A stretch of DNA of 64,000 nt from an uncultured Gammaproteobacteria bacterium (GCA_964504535.1 CAZDED010000007.1:12353-76352); one strand, 5' to 3'. Shown: positions 37,927 through 48,513, counted from the first letter of the stretch. Translations and numbers: made by a program. The notes: generated from the sequence alone by a model not told the origin.

Positions 37927-40728
37927 TTATCTACAAGATTGAGTCCAGAGGCCTTTGTACCCTGGAGTACACTGGTTACCTGTGCTATATACATCACCAC
38001 TTGAGCCATAAGTACCCCAATTACCACAGCATACTACATTTGCGTTATTTTGATCCCTACATGTATCGTCTGCTGCAACCCCAGCAGAGCTACATGCATC
38101 GATAGTTCCAGGATTACTAATACAAGGAACTTGTCCTCCTATTAACATGTAGCTATAGGAAAAGTTCACAAATGAAGAGTTACATACTAAATTACCTCCA
38201 CTTGCTGCTGGCATACCGTAAGTTAGCCCACCACTACAATCATAATCATAACTTCCATCTCCTCTATCTGTAGAAAAATATAAAGTTTGTCCTGGCTTTG
38301 CACTCGAATTAGAATCATAACAGTCATTTGTGCCAGTAACACTAGCTTTGTAATTTAAGGGGAGTACAAGACCAGAACAAACCTGCTGCGAACCAGATGG
38401 AGAATAGTTGTCATTATCAACATCTAAATATCCAGTGAGATTTTGCCATAAACTTCCACTATTACTATCACAATCTGTACCTGATGATCCGCTTACACCA
38501 GGTCGCAATGAAGCCCCAGAGCAAGCACCTGCTAGTGATGATGGATTAACCCCATCACCATCGTTATCTGGATACCCGGTTGAAAGATTCTGATAATATC
38601 CGCTTAGCGTATCATCACAGTCAGTATTATCTGCTGACCAGGCACCTGTGACCGGAGGAGTACACTGAGTTGTAGTTGATGGAGCAAGTCTCTTTATTTC
38701 AACCATTATTGATGCGTAGGTAGCAGATGAACTGAAGGTTGATGTCCTAGAGCTTGTTGCACCTGATCCAGTTCTCCACTCGGTAAATCCGGCAACACTA
38801 TCAATAGAAGTCACTCCTTTTCCATAAAGACTGCTCATGCCAGACGGAATAGTGTATATACCTCCATCTGTTGCAGTACCAACAGCCATTACTAGCATAT
38901 AATTTCCTGCTGTTGGGGTAATAGTAGAGCCAGTTTGGTTACTACTATTCCCCGTATTTGTGGCTACTGTACCGATAGGGCTTGCTGTTGCGACATTTCC
39001 AAAGGAAGTTAGAAACGCATGAGCATCAGATGAAGAACCAGTTACATTCACAGTATATGAGGCAGGTTCAGATCCATTCGCATATTTCCAGAACATTTGT
39101 ACTCCAACATTTGTACTGTTATTAGCTGTGCCAACAGAATTCCATGCAGCCCCCGCAGCAGTTATAGATACTGTTCTCCCAGTACCTCCTGTGTACTCTA
39201 TTGTCATGAGCATAAATGATCCACTCACAACATCTGCTGGCTTGGAAACTGTAAAGCTTGTACCGGCATTTACGGAACCGGATGTTGTCACACCTCTTGT
39301 AATTGTGCCAGAATTACCATGACCGTCGCCATCATTATCAGAATAGACTGTTGTATTGGAACAGGCTGCAGCTGTAGTTGCATATTGATTTGGTGTTGAA
39401 TAGGTCCCTGTTCCAGCTGCATTCTTTGCAGCCACTGCATACCCATAAACCGTACTTGGGTTTGCAGAAAAGGTGTGGCTATAAACTGATGTTACATTTG
39501 TAAGGGTAGCAGATGGACTACAGCTTCCACCTGTACACCACTTGAGATCAAAACCAGTACCAGCAGGTACTGCTCCACCAGTCTGTGTGCCGCTCCAGGT
39601 TATATCGTTTTGGGTTTGGGAAGAAGGATTGTTTACACTTACACTTGAGGGTGCACAGGGAGTCCCATTTGGATCATCCTGACAATCTGTCGCTCCTCCA
39701 CCTAACGCAGCACCTACCCCCATCCAGATATTAGTATTTGAAATTCCTTTAAAATAATTTCTACCACTAATAACGGATGGAGCACCTACACACTGGGTGG
39801 AAGCAGCTGATGAAGTTTTGTATCCATCGTTATCCACGTCAGTGACCATACCAAATAAATTCTGAAAGGTATATGCATTGTTTGGATTGCAGTCGAAGGT
39901 TGCAGACCCAGAAGACATTTTCCATGCGTAATTATAGTTTGAGTTGATAAGATTCCTTCTGACAAATTCGTTTGAGGCTGATGCAGTAGATAGCACATAC
40001 TGAGTTAAATCATCAATAAATCCATCAGCATCTTTATCATGAACAAAAACCCCACCTTTCTTTACTGAACCTCCGCGGGCAATAATAAGTGAAGAATTGG
40101 GTTTTTGTAAAATAAAACTCCCGAATGCCACCTGCTGAGAAGGTCCGACCGTCATTTGTGAACCTGGACTAAGGGTAAGCCCTGCAGTATTTGTTGTGCC
40201 TGATCCACTGTCTACTCCATTAAAATTTCCATTTAAATTACATGCTGCACCAACTGGAATTGTAAGCGCTCCAGTCGTTGGAGGGTCACAGGGACTTGCT
40301 GGACCATCTGACGTTGTGAATGTCACTGCTGAGGCTGCACCCGTTGTACCGCTCGCATTTATTGCGTATGCACAATACCAATACGGAGTATAGGGGTTAA
40401 GAAAGGTAGTAGAACTAGCTGGAATTGTAAATGTGAAATTGTGAGAGGTACTATCTGAACCCACAACTAAATCACTCCCCTGTGTCTGAGGATATCTGAT
40501 ACCACCGGTGTCGCTATTACAGTTTCCTGGGTTTGTTGAATAAACCCTGAAATGTCCGGTTGTGGCAAGAGCATTTGGATTGGCCGCTCCGTTAAGTGTT
40601 ACATAGTAAGAATTAACATTAGTCTGAGCACTAGTTGTGACCCCTGTAGGAGGAGCAGCATCAACTTTTGTACTAATAATCAAACCTAAAAATAGTATAA
40701 AAATTAAGCCTACGACTTTTTTGTTCAT
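37927..40728 (-). CDS. large secreted Gly/Thr/Ser-rich surface protein with Cys-rich DxDxDG metal-binding-like repeats (putative adhesin, downstream of pilin)
   Basis: 933 aa. Signal peptide MNKKVVGLIFILFLGLIISTKVDA. Repeated DNDGDG / DVDNDGY / DVDNDNY motifs are flanked by Cys. It is the last gene of the pilin operon. Confidence 0.65.
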   Translation of the reverse strand: MNKKVVGLIFILFLGLIISTKVDAAPPTGVTTSAQTNVNSYYVTLNGAANPNALATTGHFRVYSTNPGNCNSDTGGIRYPQTQGSDLVVGSDSTSHNFTFTIPASSTTFLNPYTPYWYCAYAINASGTTGAASAVTFTTSDGPASPCDPPTTGALTIPVGAACNLNGNFNGVDSGSGTTNTAGLTLSPGSQMTVGPSQQVAFGSFILQKPNSSLIIARGGSVKKGGVFVHDKDADGFIDDLTQYVLSTASASNEFVRRNLINSNYNYAWKMSSGSATFDCNPNNAYTFQNLFGMVTDVDNDGYKTSSAASTQCVGAPSVISGRNYFKGISNTNIWMGVGAALGGGATDCQDDPNGTPCAPSSVSVNNPSSQTQNDITWSGTQTGGAVPAGTGFDLKWCTGGSCSPSATLTNVTSVYSHTFSANPSTVYGYAVAAKNAAGTGTYSTPNQYATTAAACSNTTVYSDNDGDGHGNSGTITRGVTTSGSVNAGTSFTVSKPADVVSGSFMLMTIEYTGGTGRTVSITAAGAAWNSVGTANNSTNVGVQMFWKYANGSEPASYTVNVTGSSSDAHAFLTSFGNVATASPIGTVATNTGNSSNQTGSTITPTAGNYMLVMAVGTATDGGIYTIPSGMSSLYGKGVTSIDSVAGFTEWRTGSGATSSRTSTFSSSATYASIMVEIKRLAPSTTTQCTPPVTGAWSADNTDCDDTLSGYYQNLSTGYPDNDGDGVNPSSLAGACSGASLRPGVSGSSGTDCDSNSGSLWQNLTGYLDVDNDNYSPSGSQQVCSGLVLPLNYKASVTGTNDCYDSNSSAKPGQTLYFSTDRGDGSYDYDCSGGLTYGMPAASGGNLVCNSSFVNFSYSYMLIGGQVPCISNPGTIDACSSAGVAADDTCRDQNNANVVCCGNWGTYGSSGDVYSTGNQCTPGYKGLWTQSCR

Positions 40729-40737
40729 ATGTTTTAC

Positions 40738-41751
40738 CTATTGATTTGCACGAATTGAGCCTGTTTGCGTATTTCCCTGATCATCTGTTCCGACAATATC
40801 ATACCCATAATGGGTGTATGTATCGGTCACTTGCCATGTTCCGGTCCATGTTCCACTCTGGGCAGTTCCGCCAGTTCTTGAGAGTGTAAATTCACGGGCA
40901 TCTCCATCAGAATAAAGGATAGCCTTCATAGACGTTATGTTGCCTACAGTGTCATCAGCCAGTACCTGAATTGACTGTGCTAGCCCAATAGTCTGATATA
41001 ACGGCATGACTGTTACTTGATAGATGTCAGGATTTACGCCTGCATGGTTACCCAAATTATAAGTGACTGATCCTACTGGAGGAGTTGGTGTTGGAGTTGG
41101 CGTAGCAGATGGCAATGGCGTAGGTGTAGGCGTTGGACTTATAGACTCCACGCCTCCAGCGATAGAAGAAGCTGAAGCAAGAGCACTACAATTTACAGCA
41201 CCTGACAGGGTGCATGCCCATACCCCACTGGTATATCCGCTTGGAGTACAATCTGACAATGATGACAGAGGACATACATTGGTCAATGCAGAAGATTTAC
41301 TGACTTGAGAAAAAATTACATTCCATTGAGGACAAGAGGCAGTGGATTCTGTTCTATACTTATAGCATTCTCCAGTCCCACCATTACATTTTGGATCCTG
41401 AGGAACCTTCTTCATATATGTAGTGTCATTCACTTTCCACTCCTGGCCAAATGGGAGCTGAGCCGGATAACATTTTGTATCACTGTAGTAAAGATCAACT
41501 GCAGTTTTTATAGCCTGAAGGTCTGCTAGTCTTTGTGTATCTTGCCCTTTATTGATCTGAGCAATTGGATTTAAGGTCAGAAGCACTCCACCGATAAGAG
41601 TTGAGAGTATTGTTGCAGCTACCAATACCTCGACGAGAGTAAAACCAAATTTAGGAGATATGAGATGGGAGATGGAAGATGGGAATTCATTTTTTCCCAA
41701 ACTCCTAACTCCTAACTTCTTTTTGGTAATTAATTTTTGGGCAGTATTCAT
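40738..41751 (-). CDS. type IV pilin-like protein (prepilin N-terminal cleavage/methylation domain)
   Basis: The class III signal KFG|FTLVEVLVAATILSTLIGGVLL has the conserved Glu at +5. A Pro/Thr linker (TPTPTPLPSATPTPTPTPP) and a C-terminal globular domain follow. Confidence 0.7.
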   Translation of the reverse strand: MNTAQKLITKKKLGVRSLGKNEFPSSISHLISPKFGFTLVEVLVAATILSTLIGGVLLTLNPIAQINKGQDTQRLADLQAIKTAVDLYYSDTKCYPAQLPFGQEWKVNDTTYMKKVPQDPKCNGGTGECYKYRTESTASCPQWNVIFSQVSKSSALTNVCPLSSLSDCTPSGYTSGVWACTLSGAVNCSALASASSIAGGVESISPTPTPTPLPSATPTPTPTPPVGSVTYNLGNHAGVNPDIYQVTVMPLYQTIGLAQSIQVLADDTVGNITSMKAILYSDGDAREFTLSRTGGTAQSGTWTGTWQVTDTYTHYGYDIVGTDDQGNTQTGSIRANQ

Positions 41752-41753
41752 AT

Positions 41754-42278
41754 TTACTTTATTATTATGATTCCAGTCATTTCAGGTTTTGCTTTGTTCC
41801 TATATGTATAGGTACCCGGTGTATTAAATCTAACCTCTTTCATGTCAGAAGGTTCTATCGTACCGATATTTAAGATTTTACTATTTTCATCATTTCCCTC
41901 AATTGTTATCGCCTCTCCATCAATATTCAAAAACTCTATAAAACCTTTTTTTGGAATCGTTGCAATAGATGGATTAAATCTTCTTGAATTCACCATAACA
42001 GTCGTATTGACTATTGGTGGAATGGTTGGATAGGGAGTATGGGTTGTCATGTTGGTTGGTATTGTTGGTAAATTATTAGTACCTGTTTTTCCGGAATTCC
42101 CTTTCCCAAACAATACTATTATGGAAAGGATGAGAAAAACAATTATCCCAGCGACCAATATACCCATGATTACTTTCTCATTTTTATTCATAGTCCTTTT
42201 TATTTCATCAGAAAGAAATCCCTCTTGTGATTGGTTTGATTGAGGATGTGCTTTATGTTCATGTCTTCTCTTCAACAT
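41754..42278 (-). CDS. membrane-anchored cupredoxin-like domain protein (no obvious Cu ligands)
   Basis: 174 aa. One TM, then a beta-sandwich resembling plastocyanin/amicyanin topology (GFIEFLNIDGEAITIEG...NTPGTYTYRNKAKPEMTGIIII) but lacking the His/Cys/Met ligands. Confidence 0.45.
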   Translation of the reverse strand: MLKRRHEHKAHPQSNQSQEGFLSDEIKRTMNKNEKVIMGILVAGIIVFLILSIIVLFGKGNSGKTGTNNLPTIPTNMTTHTPYPTIPPIVNTTVMVNSRRFNPSIATIPKKGFIEFLNIDGEAITIEGNDENSKILNIGTIEPSDMKEVRFNTPGTYTYRNKAKPEMTGIIIIK

Positions 42279-42659
42279 ATATAAATTCTATACAGAAAAA
42301 ATCCTTTTCAGGCTTGTATGCCTATTTAGTATAGGTACGTTTTTTTTCCCTTGTCAAGCCCCTCAAATTGGGGCGCAGTGCAGGCATCTTTTGATGCGGG
42401 GTGCAAGCACATATTTTGTTCAAAATGTTAGTATTTAACCACTTACAAACTGTGTACATATACTCATATTTACATATAACTATATCTTTTAGTACTTCTT
42501 CCTAACAGAATTGTTGTGCATAATCACCTACCTATATATGGGATGCAAAACTGTAGTAGTTTGAATTCTTGACATCCAAATCACTACTTTGCTAATGTGG
42601 AGTATACCCTAATTTCTTTTTTCAGCTTTTTTTCAGAAAAAGCATAGTACGCTAAATAT

Positions 42660-44828
42660 ATGAGTAAATCTGTCTTATCACTTTTATCATCAGTTGCCAC
42701 GATTATTACAGCAACAATATTTCTCTTGTTCCCTCTATTCTTTCTTACCATAACTACTGACTTCTTTACATTCCCAAAGCAAATACTAATAGTCATCGGC
42801 TCACTTTTGCTCTTGGTTCTTTGGGGGATTAAAGTAGTTGTTGAAAAAAGAATTACTTTTCTTCTCAACCCACTCAATTTACCAATCCTTCTTTTTGGGC
42901 TGGTTCTTATTCTTTCGAACTTCTTTTCGCTTTCATCTCAAGATGCAGTCATTCAATCAGTTCCAGTTATTCTTCTTTGCGTACTTTTCGTCACGACAGT
43001 CAATTTTATTAGCGAAAAGTCATCTTTTACAATAGTTGTCACATCTCTTATTATAGGAAGTGCTCTTTCTACCCTACTTAGCATCTTTGCTTACTTTAAT
43101 ATTTATCTTCTCCCCTTTGAGGCTATCAAAAATCCTAGTTTTAATACACATGGTTCACCTATCCAGTATGCAGCCTATTTGATCCCACTTCTTATATTAT
43201 GTGCTGCTTCTCTCCTGGATATCGTTAAAAAAGGAAAGATGAAGTCAATTACAAAAGACTACTCATATATCTTGCAGTTAGTTTCTGCTGTTATTTTTGC
43301 GATTGGTCTTGGAATAGTAATCTTCCAAATAGCTACAGCACCTCAAAAACCAATTCTTTTACCCTTCAATCACGGGTTTCAGGTAGCATTTGCAACTATC
43401 AGTCAAGATGTTCCCCAAAGACTAGCCCAGTCGTTACTTCTTGGAAGCGGATATGGAACGTTCTCTACCGACTTCACAAGGTATGTATCCCCAGCTTTCA
43501 ATACTCTTCCCTTCTGGAATCTGACTTTTGCTTTCTCTTCCTCTTATGTTCTGGAACTATTGGCAACTACTGGTATATTAGGACTTTTCACCTTCGCCTT
43601 CATATTCCTGAATTTCTTAAGAAGCAAAGCTGCACCATCAAATCCGCTATTCCTTGCGACACTTGCGGTCTTTATCATGACACTGCTTGTACCATTTTCG
43701 TATTCATTAGTCTTTCTTCTTTTTGCTCTTTTAAGCTTATTCGTCTGCTATAGAGCAATTGCAAAAGCGAAAGGTTTTGATAGTATAGTTATCAATTTAG
43801 TGGCTTTGCGCCAAGGGCTTATCTCTGTCACTGAAGAAGGAACAAAAAAGAATAAAGAGAATCTGGTTTTGCCTACTGTTGTTTTAGCTATTTCAATACT
43901 TATTTCTGTTTTTGTGCTTTTCTACCTGACTGGAACGGGGTCAACACCAAGAAAAGGATATCTGTCACTTATTAGCTCTGATATTAAATTTGCAAAATCA
44001 TTCTCACAAGAAGCTTTAAGGTCTGGTACTCAAACATACAACCTGGAGACACAAGCCATTTCAGAATATCCTTACCGGAGTGACTACTATAGACTTTTCT
44101 CACAAATCAATCTTGCTCTTGCAGCTAACATAGTGACTGCCCAACAAGGCAGAAAACCATCAGAAGAAGTACAAAACAACATAATTGCCCTTCTTCAACA
44201 AAGCATAAATAGCGCCCGTCAAGCTGTTACCCTCTCACCTCTTTCATCGGTCAATTGGCAAAATCTAGGCCAAATTTACAGAAATCTCATCGGGGTTGGT
44301 CAAAATGCAGAACAATTCGCTGTGGCCTCATACAATCAAGCATCAACCCTAAATCCATCAAACCCTGGTCTTAGAATCGAACTTGGAGGTATTTACTATC
44401 AATTGAAGCAATGGGATTTGGCCCAAAATCAGTTCAATATTGCGCAGCAATTAAAGAACGACTATCCAAATGCATACTACAATCTAGGTCATGTGTATGA
44501 GGAGAAAGGTGATCTCCAAAATGCTCTAGCTCAATACAAGATGGTTGCTCAACTCGTTGCCAATGATAAGCCTAATTTGGATAAAATAAATACCGAAATA
44601 AAAGCACTTGAGGACAAAATTGGAGCTGCAGAGGCTCAAAACACAGAGGCAAAACAACCCACAACAGATACTACCCCACTTGGAGTAGACAAACCTCAAA
44701 CGGAATTTCCTCCAAAAGATCCTAAAGAAACAATTCCGGCTCCTCCAAAAGGTGTTGTGACTCCAAAACCAACAGCTACTGTGTCACCAACCCCTACGGT
44801 TGAGGCATCTCCAACCCCAGTTAACTAA
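42660..44828 (+). CDS. O-antigen-ligase-like (Wzy_C/PglL-type) polytopic membrane protein with C-terminal TPR repeats and Pro/Thr tail
   Basis: 722 aa. About 12 TM segments N-terminally, then TPR units (AYYNLGHVYEEKGDLQNALAQY) and a TPKPTATVSPTPTVEASPTP tail. The architecture is common in O-antigen-ligase-family proteins of CPR and Firmicutes. Confidence 0.5.
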   Translation: MSKSVLSLLSSVATIITATIFLLFPLFFLTITTDFFTFPKQILIVIGSLLLLVLWGIKVVVEKRITFLLNPLNLPILLFGLVLILSNFFSLSSQDAVIQSVPVILLCVLFVTTVNFISEKSSFTIVVTSLIIGSALSTLLSIFAYFNIYLLPFEAIKNPSFNTHGSPIQYAAYLIPLLILCAASLLDIVKKGKMKSITKDYSYILQLVSAVIFAIGLGIVIFQIATAPQKPILLPFNHGFQVAFATISQDVPQRLAQSLLLGSGYGTFSTDFTRYVSPAFNTLPFWNLTFAFSSSYVLELLATTGILGLFTFAFIFLNFLRSKAAPSNPLFLATLAVFIMTLLVPFSYSLVFLLFALLSLFVCYRAIAKAKGFDSIVINLVALRQGLISVTEEGTKKNKENLVLPTVVLAISILISVFVLFYLTGTGSTPRKGYLSLISSDIKFAKSFSQEALRSGTQTYNLETQAISEYPYRSDYYRLFSQINLALAANIVTAQQGRKPSEEVQNNIIALLQQSINSARQAVTLSPLSSVNWQNLGQIYRNLIGVGQNAEQFAVASYNQASTLNPSNPGLRIELGGIYYQLKQWDLAQNQFNIAQQLKNDYPNAYYNLGHVYEEKGDLQNALAQYKMVAQLVANDKPNLDKINTEIKALEDKIGAAEAQNTEAKQPTTDTTPLGVDKPQTEFPPKDPKETIPAPPKGVVTPKPTATVSPTPTVEASPTPVN

Positions 44829-44866
44829 TAGCTAATATTACTATCACCGATTTTTGGTTATATTGT

Positions 44867-45030
44867 TTGCATTTCAAGGAAGCGCGCCCGAATTTTTCGA
44901 ACGAAGTGAAGACGGGGGATTCCTCGCAAATTTGTCGAGGAGGGGGTGAAATCACACACTTCACGAGTGAGAAAAATTAGCGACCCTTGATATGCAAGAG
45001 GCTTTGGTACTTTCTCCGGCCAGAAAGTGC
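44867..45030. repeat. conserved structured intergenic element, copy 2
   Basis: Aligns to 2984-3148 at about 85% identity. Substitutions in both hairpin stems are compensatory (AATTTTGC/GCAAAATT becomes AATTTTTC/GAAAAATT; GTTCTTTCG/CGAAAGAAC becomes GTACTTTCT/AGAAAGTGC). Confidence 0.5.
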
Positions 45031-45093
45031 AATAAATAAATAGACTAGTTAAGAAACCCAGAGGGTCGTCACTCAATCTACTGAGTCATATAT

Positions 45094-46269
45094 TTAATGA
45101 AGGAAGCTTAATGGGTCGTAGAAAGTTCCACCACTTCTCACCTCAAAATGAAGATGTGCACCTGTTGTTCTACCTGTTAGACCTACCCATCCTACTACGG
45201 TTGAACCAGCAACAACGCTTTGACCGGAACTAACATTCAACCCACTCATGTGCGCATATAAGGTTTGGTAACCGTTATTACCTGTCACAATAACATGTGT
45301 TCCATAACCATAATTCCAACCGCCAGCAACTGCATAACTGACAGTACCACTTGAAGCCGCAACAATCGGTGTTCCAATTGGAGCACCGATATCAATTCCT
45401 TGATGATACCAACTATAGTATTGATTCATCGTTCCTTGTATTGGCCATGTAAATCCAGCTCCCGATACGGAAACCGATCCTGAAGGTATAAAAGTACGCC
45501 GCGCTATATAAGTTGGAGCAGACTTTGGTGGGACCCCTTCGGGTACGATTAGGGTTTGACCTATGACAAGTGAAAAGGTCTGTGGGTCTGCAAAGTCGTT
45601 GAATGGGAAGTCGACTATAGCCTGAGCATTTGAACTATACTTCTTGGCTATAGTGTAAATAGTGTCTCCTGAAGTAACTTTATGCGCTACTCCACTCACA
45701 GGCAATATCTGCAATGTATCTCCTACTGTTATATCATCATCAGTTAGATCATTCTGCCAACGTACTGTATCCTCAGATACTGAAAATTTCTTTGCTATAC
45801 CAGACAATGTGTCACCCTTTTGAACAGTATAAGTAATAATTTCTGAGCGTGGTTTATCAGAAAGCTGAGTATGAAAGACGTCTTGAGGGGCAAGACTCTG
45901 CTTTTGCTCAGAGATGTCTTGCGCAAATGAAAGAAGGTTCTTGTCTTTAGAGAAAGGATTTTGGTCTGTTATAAATGGTGAGATAAGAACTCCGAAAGAA
46001 AGTACTGCCATAGCTGCTACATGGAGAAAAAATCTATTGCGCTTTCCACGCTTTATCAAAATTGACTTGACGACTGTATTCTTGTTCTTCTCAAAAATAT
46101 TTGAGAAGAACATCACTTTGTCTTTGGTATAAGTCGAAAGGAATAAAAGAAAACTTCCAAACTCGCTTTTGAGGCCAGAAAGTGCTTTTACAGCATTTTT
46201 GAAGAACGAGGGTTTTTTTGCTCCTGTATGAACTTTGCCCAATGAGGGGGCCATCTTGTGACGATTCAT
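45094..46269 (-). CDS. LysM-domain M23 family metallopeptidase
   Basis: 391 aa. Two LysM repeats (YTVQKGDTLSGIAKKF; HKVTSGDTIYTIAKKY) and M23 motifs HQGIDIGAP and GTHVIV...YAHMS. Confidence 0.8.
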   Translation of the reverse strand: MNRHKMAPSLGKVHTGAKKPSFFKNAVKALSGLKSEFGSFLLFLSTYTKDKVMFFSNIFEKNKNTVVKSILIKRGKRNRFFLHVAAMAVLSFGVLISPFITDQNPFSKDKNLLSFAQDISEQKQSLAPQDVFHTQLSDKPRSEIITYTVQKGDTLSGIAKKFSVSEDTVRWQNDLTDDDITVGDTLQILPVSGVAHKVTSGDTIYTIAKKYSSNAQAIVDFPFNDFADPQTFSLVIGQTLIVPEGVPPKSAPTYIARRTFIPSGSVSVSGAGFTWPIQGTMNQYYSWYHQGIDIGAPIGTPIVAASSGTVSYAVAGGWNYGYGTHVIVTGNNGYQTLYAHMSGLNVSSGQSVVAGSTVVGWVGLTGRTTGAHLHFEVRSGGTFYDPLSFLH

Positions 46270-46314
46270 GGAAGTCTAAGTGTACCAGAATTGATGATTT
46301 GAAGCAAATAGGCT

Positions 46315-47532
46315 CTATTCCTTGCCTAATCCGCTGAGGAATTCTTCATTGTTTTCAGTTTGTTGTAGCCTCTCGATAAGAATTTGAGTACGCTCATCAG
46401 GTCCTAATACATCCATCATACGTCTCATTGTCGCAATCTTCTTGTAATCCTTCTCAGATAACAATAGTTCTTCTTTTCTAGTACCTGATCTTTCAATATT
46501 AATTGAAGGGAAGATGCGACGTTCTGCAAGTCTACGGTCAAGATGAAGTTCCATATTTCCGGTTCCCTTGAACTCTTCATAGATAAGATCATCCATTCTG
46601 CTTCCGGTATCAACAAGTGCAGTTCCGATAACAGTTAGTGACCCACCCTCTTCGCATTTTCTGGCTGCTCCAAAAAATCTCTTTGCTGGCCATAATGCTG
46701 CTGGGTCAAATCCTCCCGTAAGAGTTCTTCCTGAAGGCTCAATTGAAAGATTATATGCTCTTGCAAGACGAGTAATAGAATCAAGTAAAATAACGACATC
46801 CGCTCCACCCTCAACGAGTCTTTTGGCGCGATCAAGTGCAATTTCTGCTGCATTGGTTTGAGCCTCAGGTGGTTCGTCGAAATTTGAGGCTACAACCTCA
46901 CCCTTAACTGATCGCGAAATGTCAGTTACTTCCTCAGGTCTTTCTCCAATAAGACATGCCATAAGATGAACTTTGGGGAAATTTTCAGCAATTCCTGCTG
47001 CTAGATCCTTTAGAATAGTAGTTTTTCCTGCTTTAGGTGGGGATACTATCATTCCTCTTTGACCAAACCCAATAGGACTTACGATGTCGATAATGCGAGA
47101 TGACAATGGCGTTTTGCCGGTAGAAAGAACAAGCTGCTTGATAGGATATATAGGAGTCAGGTCTTCAAAATAAACTCTTTTGACGCCCTCTGCAGCTATT
47201 TTTCCGTTAATTTTCTCTATCTTCAAAAGTCCATAATATCTCTCGTTGTCTTTTGGAGGACGCCCAAGACCTTCTACAGCATCTCCATTACGAAGCCAAA
47301 AACGTCTGATTTGGGAAGAAGATATATAAATGTCTTTTTCGGATGGTCTGAATTTTGGACGTAAAAATCCGTGTCCTTCAGGCTTTATATCCAAAATTCC
47401 AGCTACTACTTCAGTGGCCTGGTCTCCGCGGGGTCTTCCATACTCTCCTCTGTCTTCAACCACGGAAGATGCCTCCACAGGTTGATTTGCAGATTCATCA
47501 ATGTCTTCTTGAGATTTCTTTACTGGGCTCAT
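46315..47532 (-). CDS. rho: transcription termination factor Rho
   Basis: 405 aa. Cold-shock-like RNA-binding domain, Walker A GQRGMIVSPPKAGKTT, and Q/R loops. Confidence 0.9.
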   Translation of the reverse strand: MSPVKKSQEDIDESANQPVEASSVVEDRGEYGRPRGDQATEVVAGILDIKPEGHGFLRPKFRPSEKDIYISSSQIRRFWLRNGDAVEGLGRPPKDNERYYGLLKIEKINGKIAAEGVKRVYFEDLTPIYPIKQLVLSTGKTPLSSRIIDIVSPIGFGQRGMIVSPPKAGKTTILKDLAAGIAENFPKVHLMACLIGERPEEVTDISRSVKGEVVASNFDEPPEAQTNAAEIALDRAKRLVEGGADVVILLDSITRLARAYNLSIEPSGRTLTGGFDPAALWPAKRFFGAARKCEEGGSLTVIGTALVDTGSRMDDLIYEEFKGTGNMELHLDRRLAERRIFPSINIERSGTRKEELLLSEKDYKKIATMRRMMDVLGPDERTQILIERLQQTENNEEFLSGLGKE

Positions 47533-47814
47533 ACGTAATTTCGAGGCTTAATTTGTCTGGAAAAATTAACGAAGCGAGAAAATTAAAATCTTCTCGAACG
47601 TTATAATTATTAAACCACGCACCCTCAGGAATGTCAACAGACAACATAGGGAACAGAAAACAGCGCACAGAATCCTGTTAATAACTTATAGTAATTGTAT
47701 ACTATCATAACTACAGGATAAACTGAATCCTATTCCCTGTACCCTGCACCCTTTAATTTACATCCCATAGCACTTGACAAACAACTCTTTCTCTGTTACA
47801 ATCCCAAAATCAAT

Positions 47815-48513
47815 ATGAATTTTAAAAGATTTGTCGCAACTTCTTTTGTAACAGCAGCTTTTCTTGCAACAGCAGGAAGTGCTATTGCTTCTGGTACCGG
47901 ATACGGTACAAGTAACTGCCAAGTAATCTACGGTGGAGGACAAGTATGTCCAACTACTCTACAATTCTCTATAGATAAAAAAGTTCTTGCACCAACAAAA
48001 GGTGGAACATTCGTTGACAACCTGGGATTTAATGACGCAAAATTCCAACCAGGTGATCAGGTTTCATTTAAAATAAGCCTTAAAAATACTGGGGACAAGA
48101 CAATTGATCAAATTACTATTGTTGATACTCTTCCAGCTTATCTTACATTTACATCTGGGCCTGGAACATATGATGCAACTTCAAGAACAGTTACCTATAT
48201 TATAAAAAATATTGCTGCCAACCAATCAAATGATCAGACAATAGTTGCAACTATTGCAAATGTTGATGCCCTTCCAAAAGATCAAGGAGTTATGTGTCTT
48301 ACAAACAATGTAAAAGGTAATGACAATCAAAGTGATGTAGCAAATGACAGCTCTGCTTTTTGTATCCAAAAAGAAGCTATGACTCCAAAAGTATTCACAA
48401 CAGTTCCACCTAAATCTATTCCAAATACTGGACCTGAAATGCTTCCTTTGCTCGGACTTATTCCAGCTGGAATCGCAGGATTTACACTTCGAAAAAAATC
48501 AAAACTCGGCTAA
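47815..48513 (+). CDS. DUF11-repeat surface protein with LPXTG-like sorting signal (IPNTG)
   Basis: 232 aa. Signal peptide, a DUF11-like segment (ISLKNTGDKTIDQITIVDTLPAYLTFTSG), then IPNTG + hydrophobic stretch + RKKSKLG at the C-terminus. Confidence 0.6.
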   Translation: MNFKRFVATSFVTAAFLATAGSAIASGTGYGTSNCQVIYGGGQVCPTTLQFSIDKKVLAPTKGGTFVDNLGFNDAKFQPGDQVSFKISLKNTGDKTIDQITIVDTLPAYLTFTSGPGTYDATSRTVTYIIKNIAANQSNDQTIVATIANVDALPKDQGVMCLTNNVKGNDNQSDVANDSSAFCIQKEAMTPKVFTTVPPKSIPNTGPEMLPLLGLIPAGIAGFTLRKKSKLG

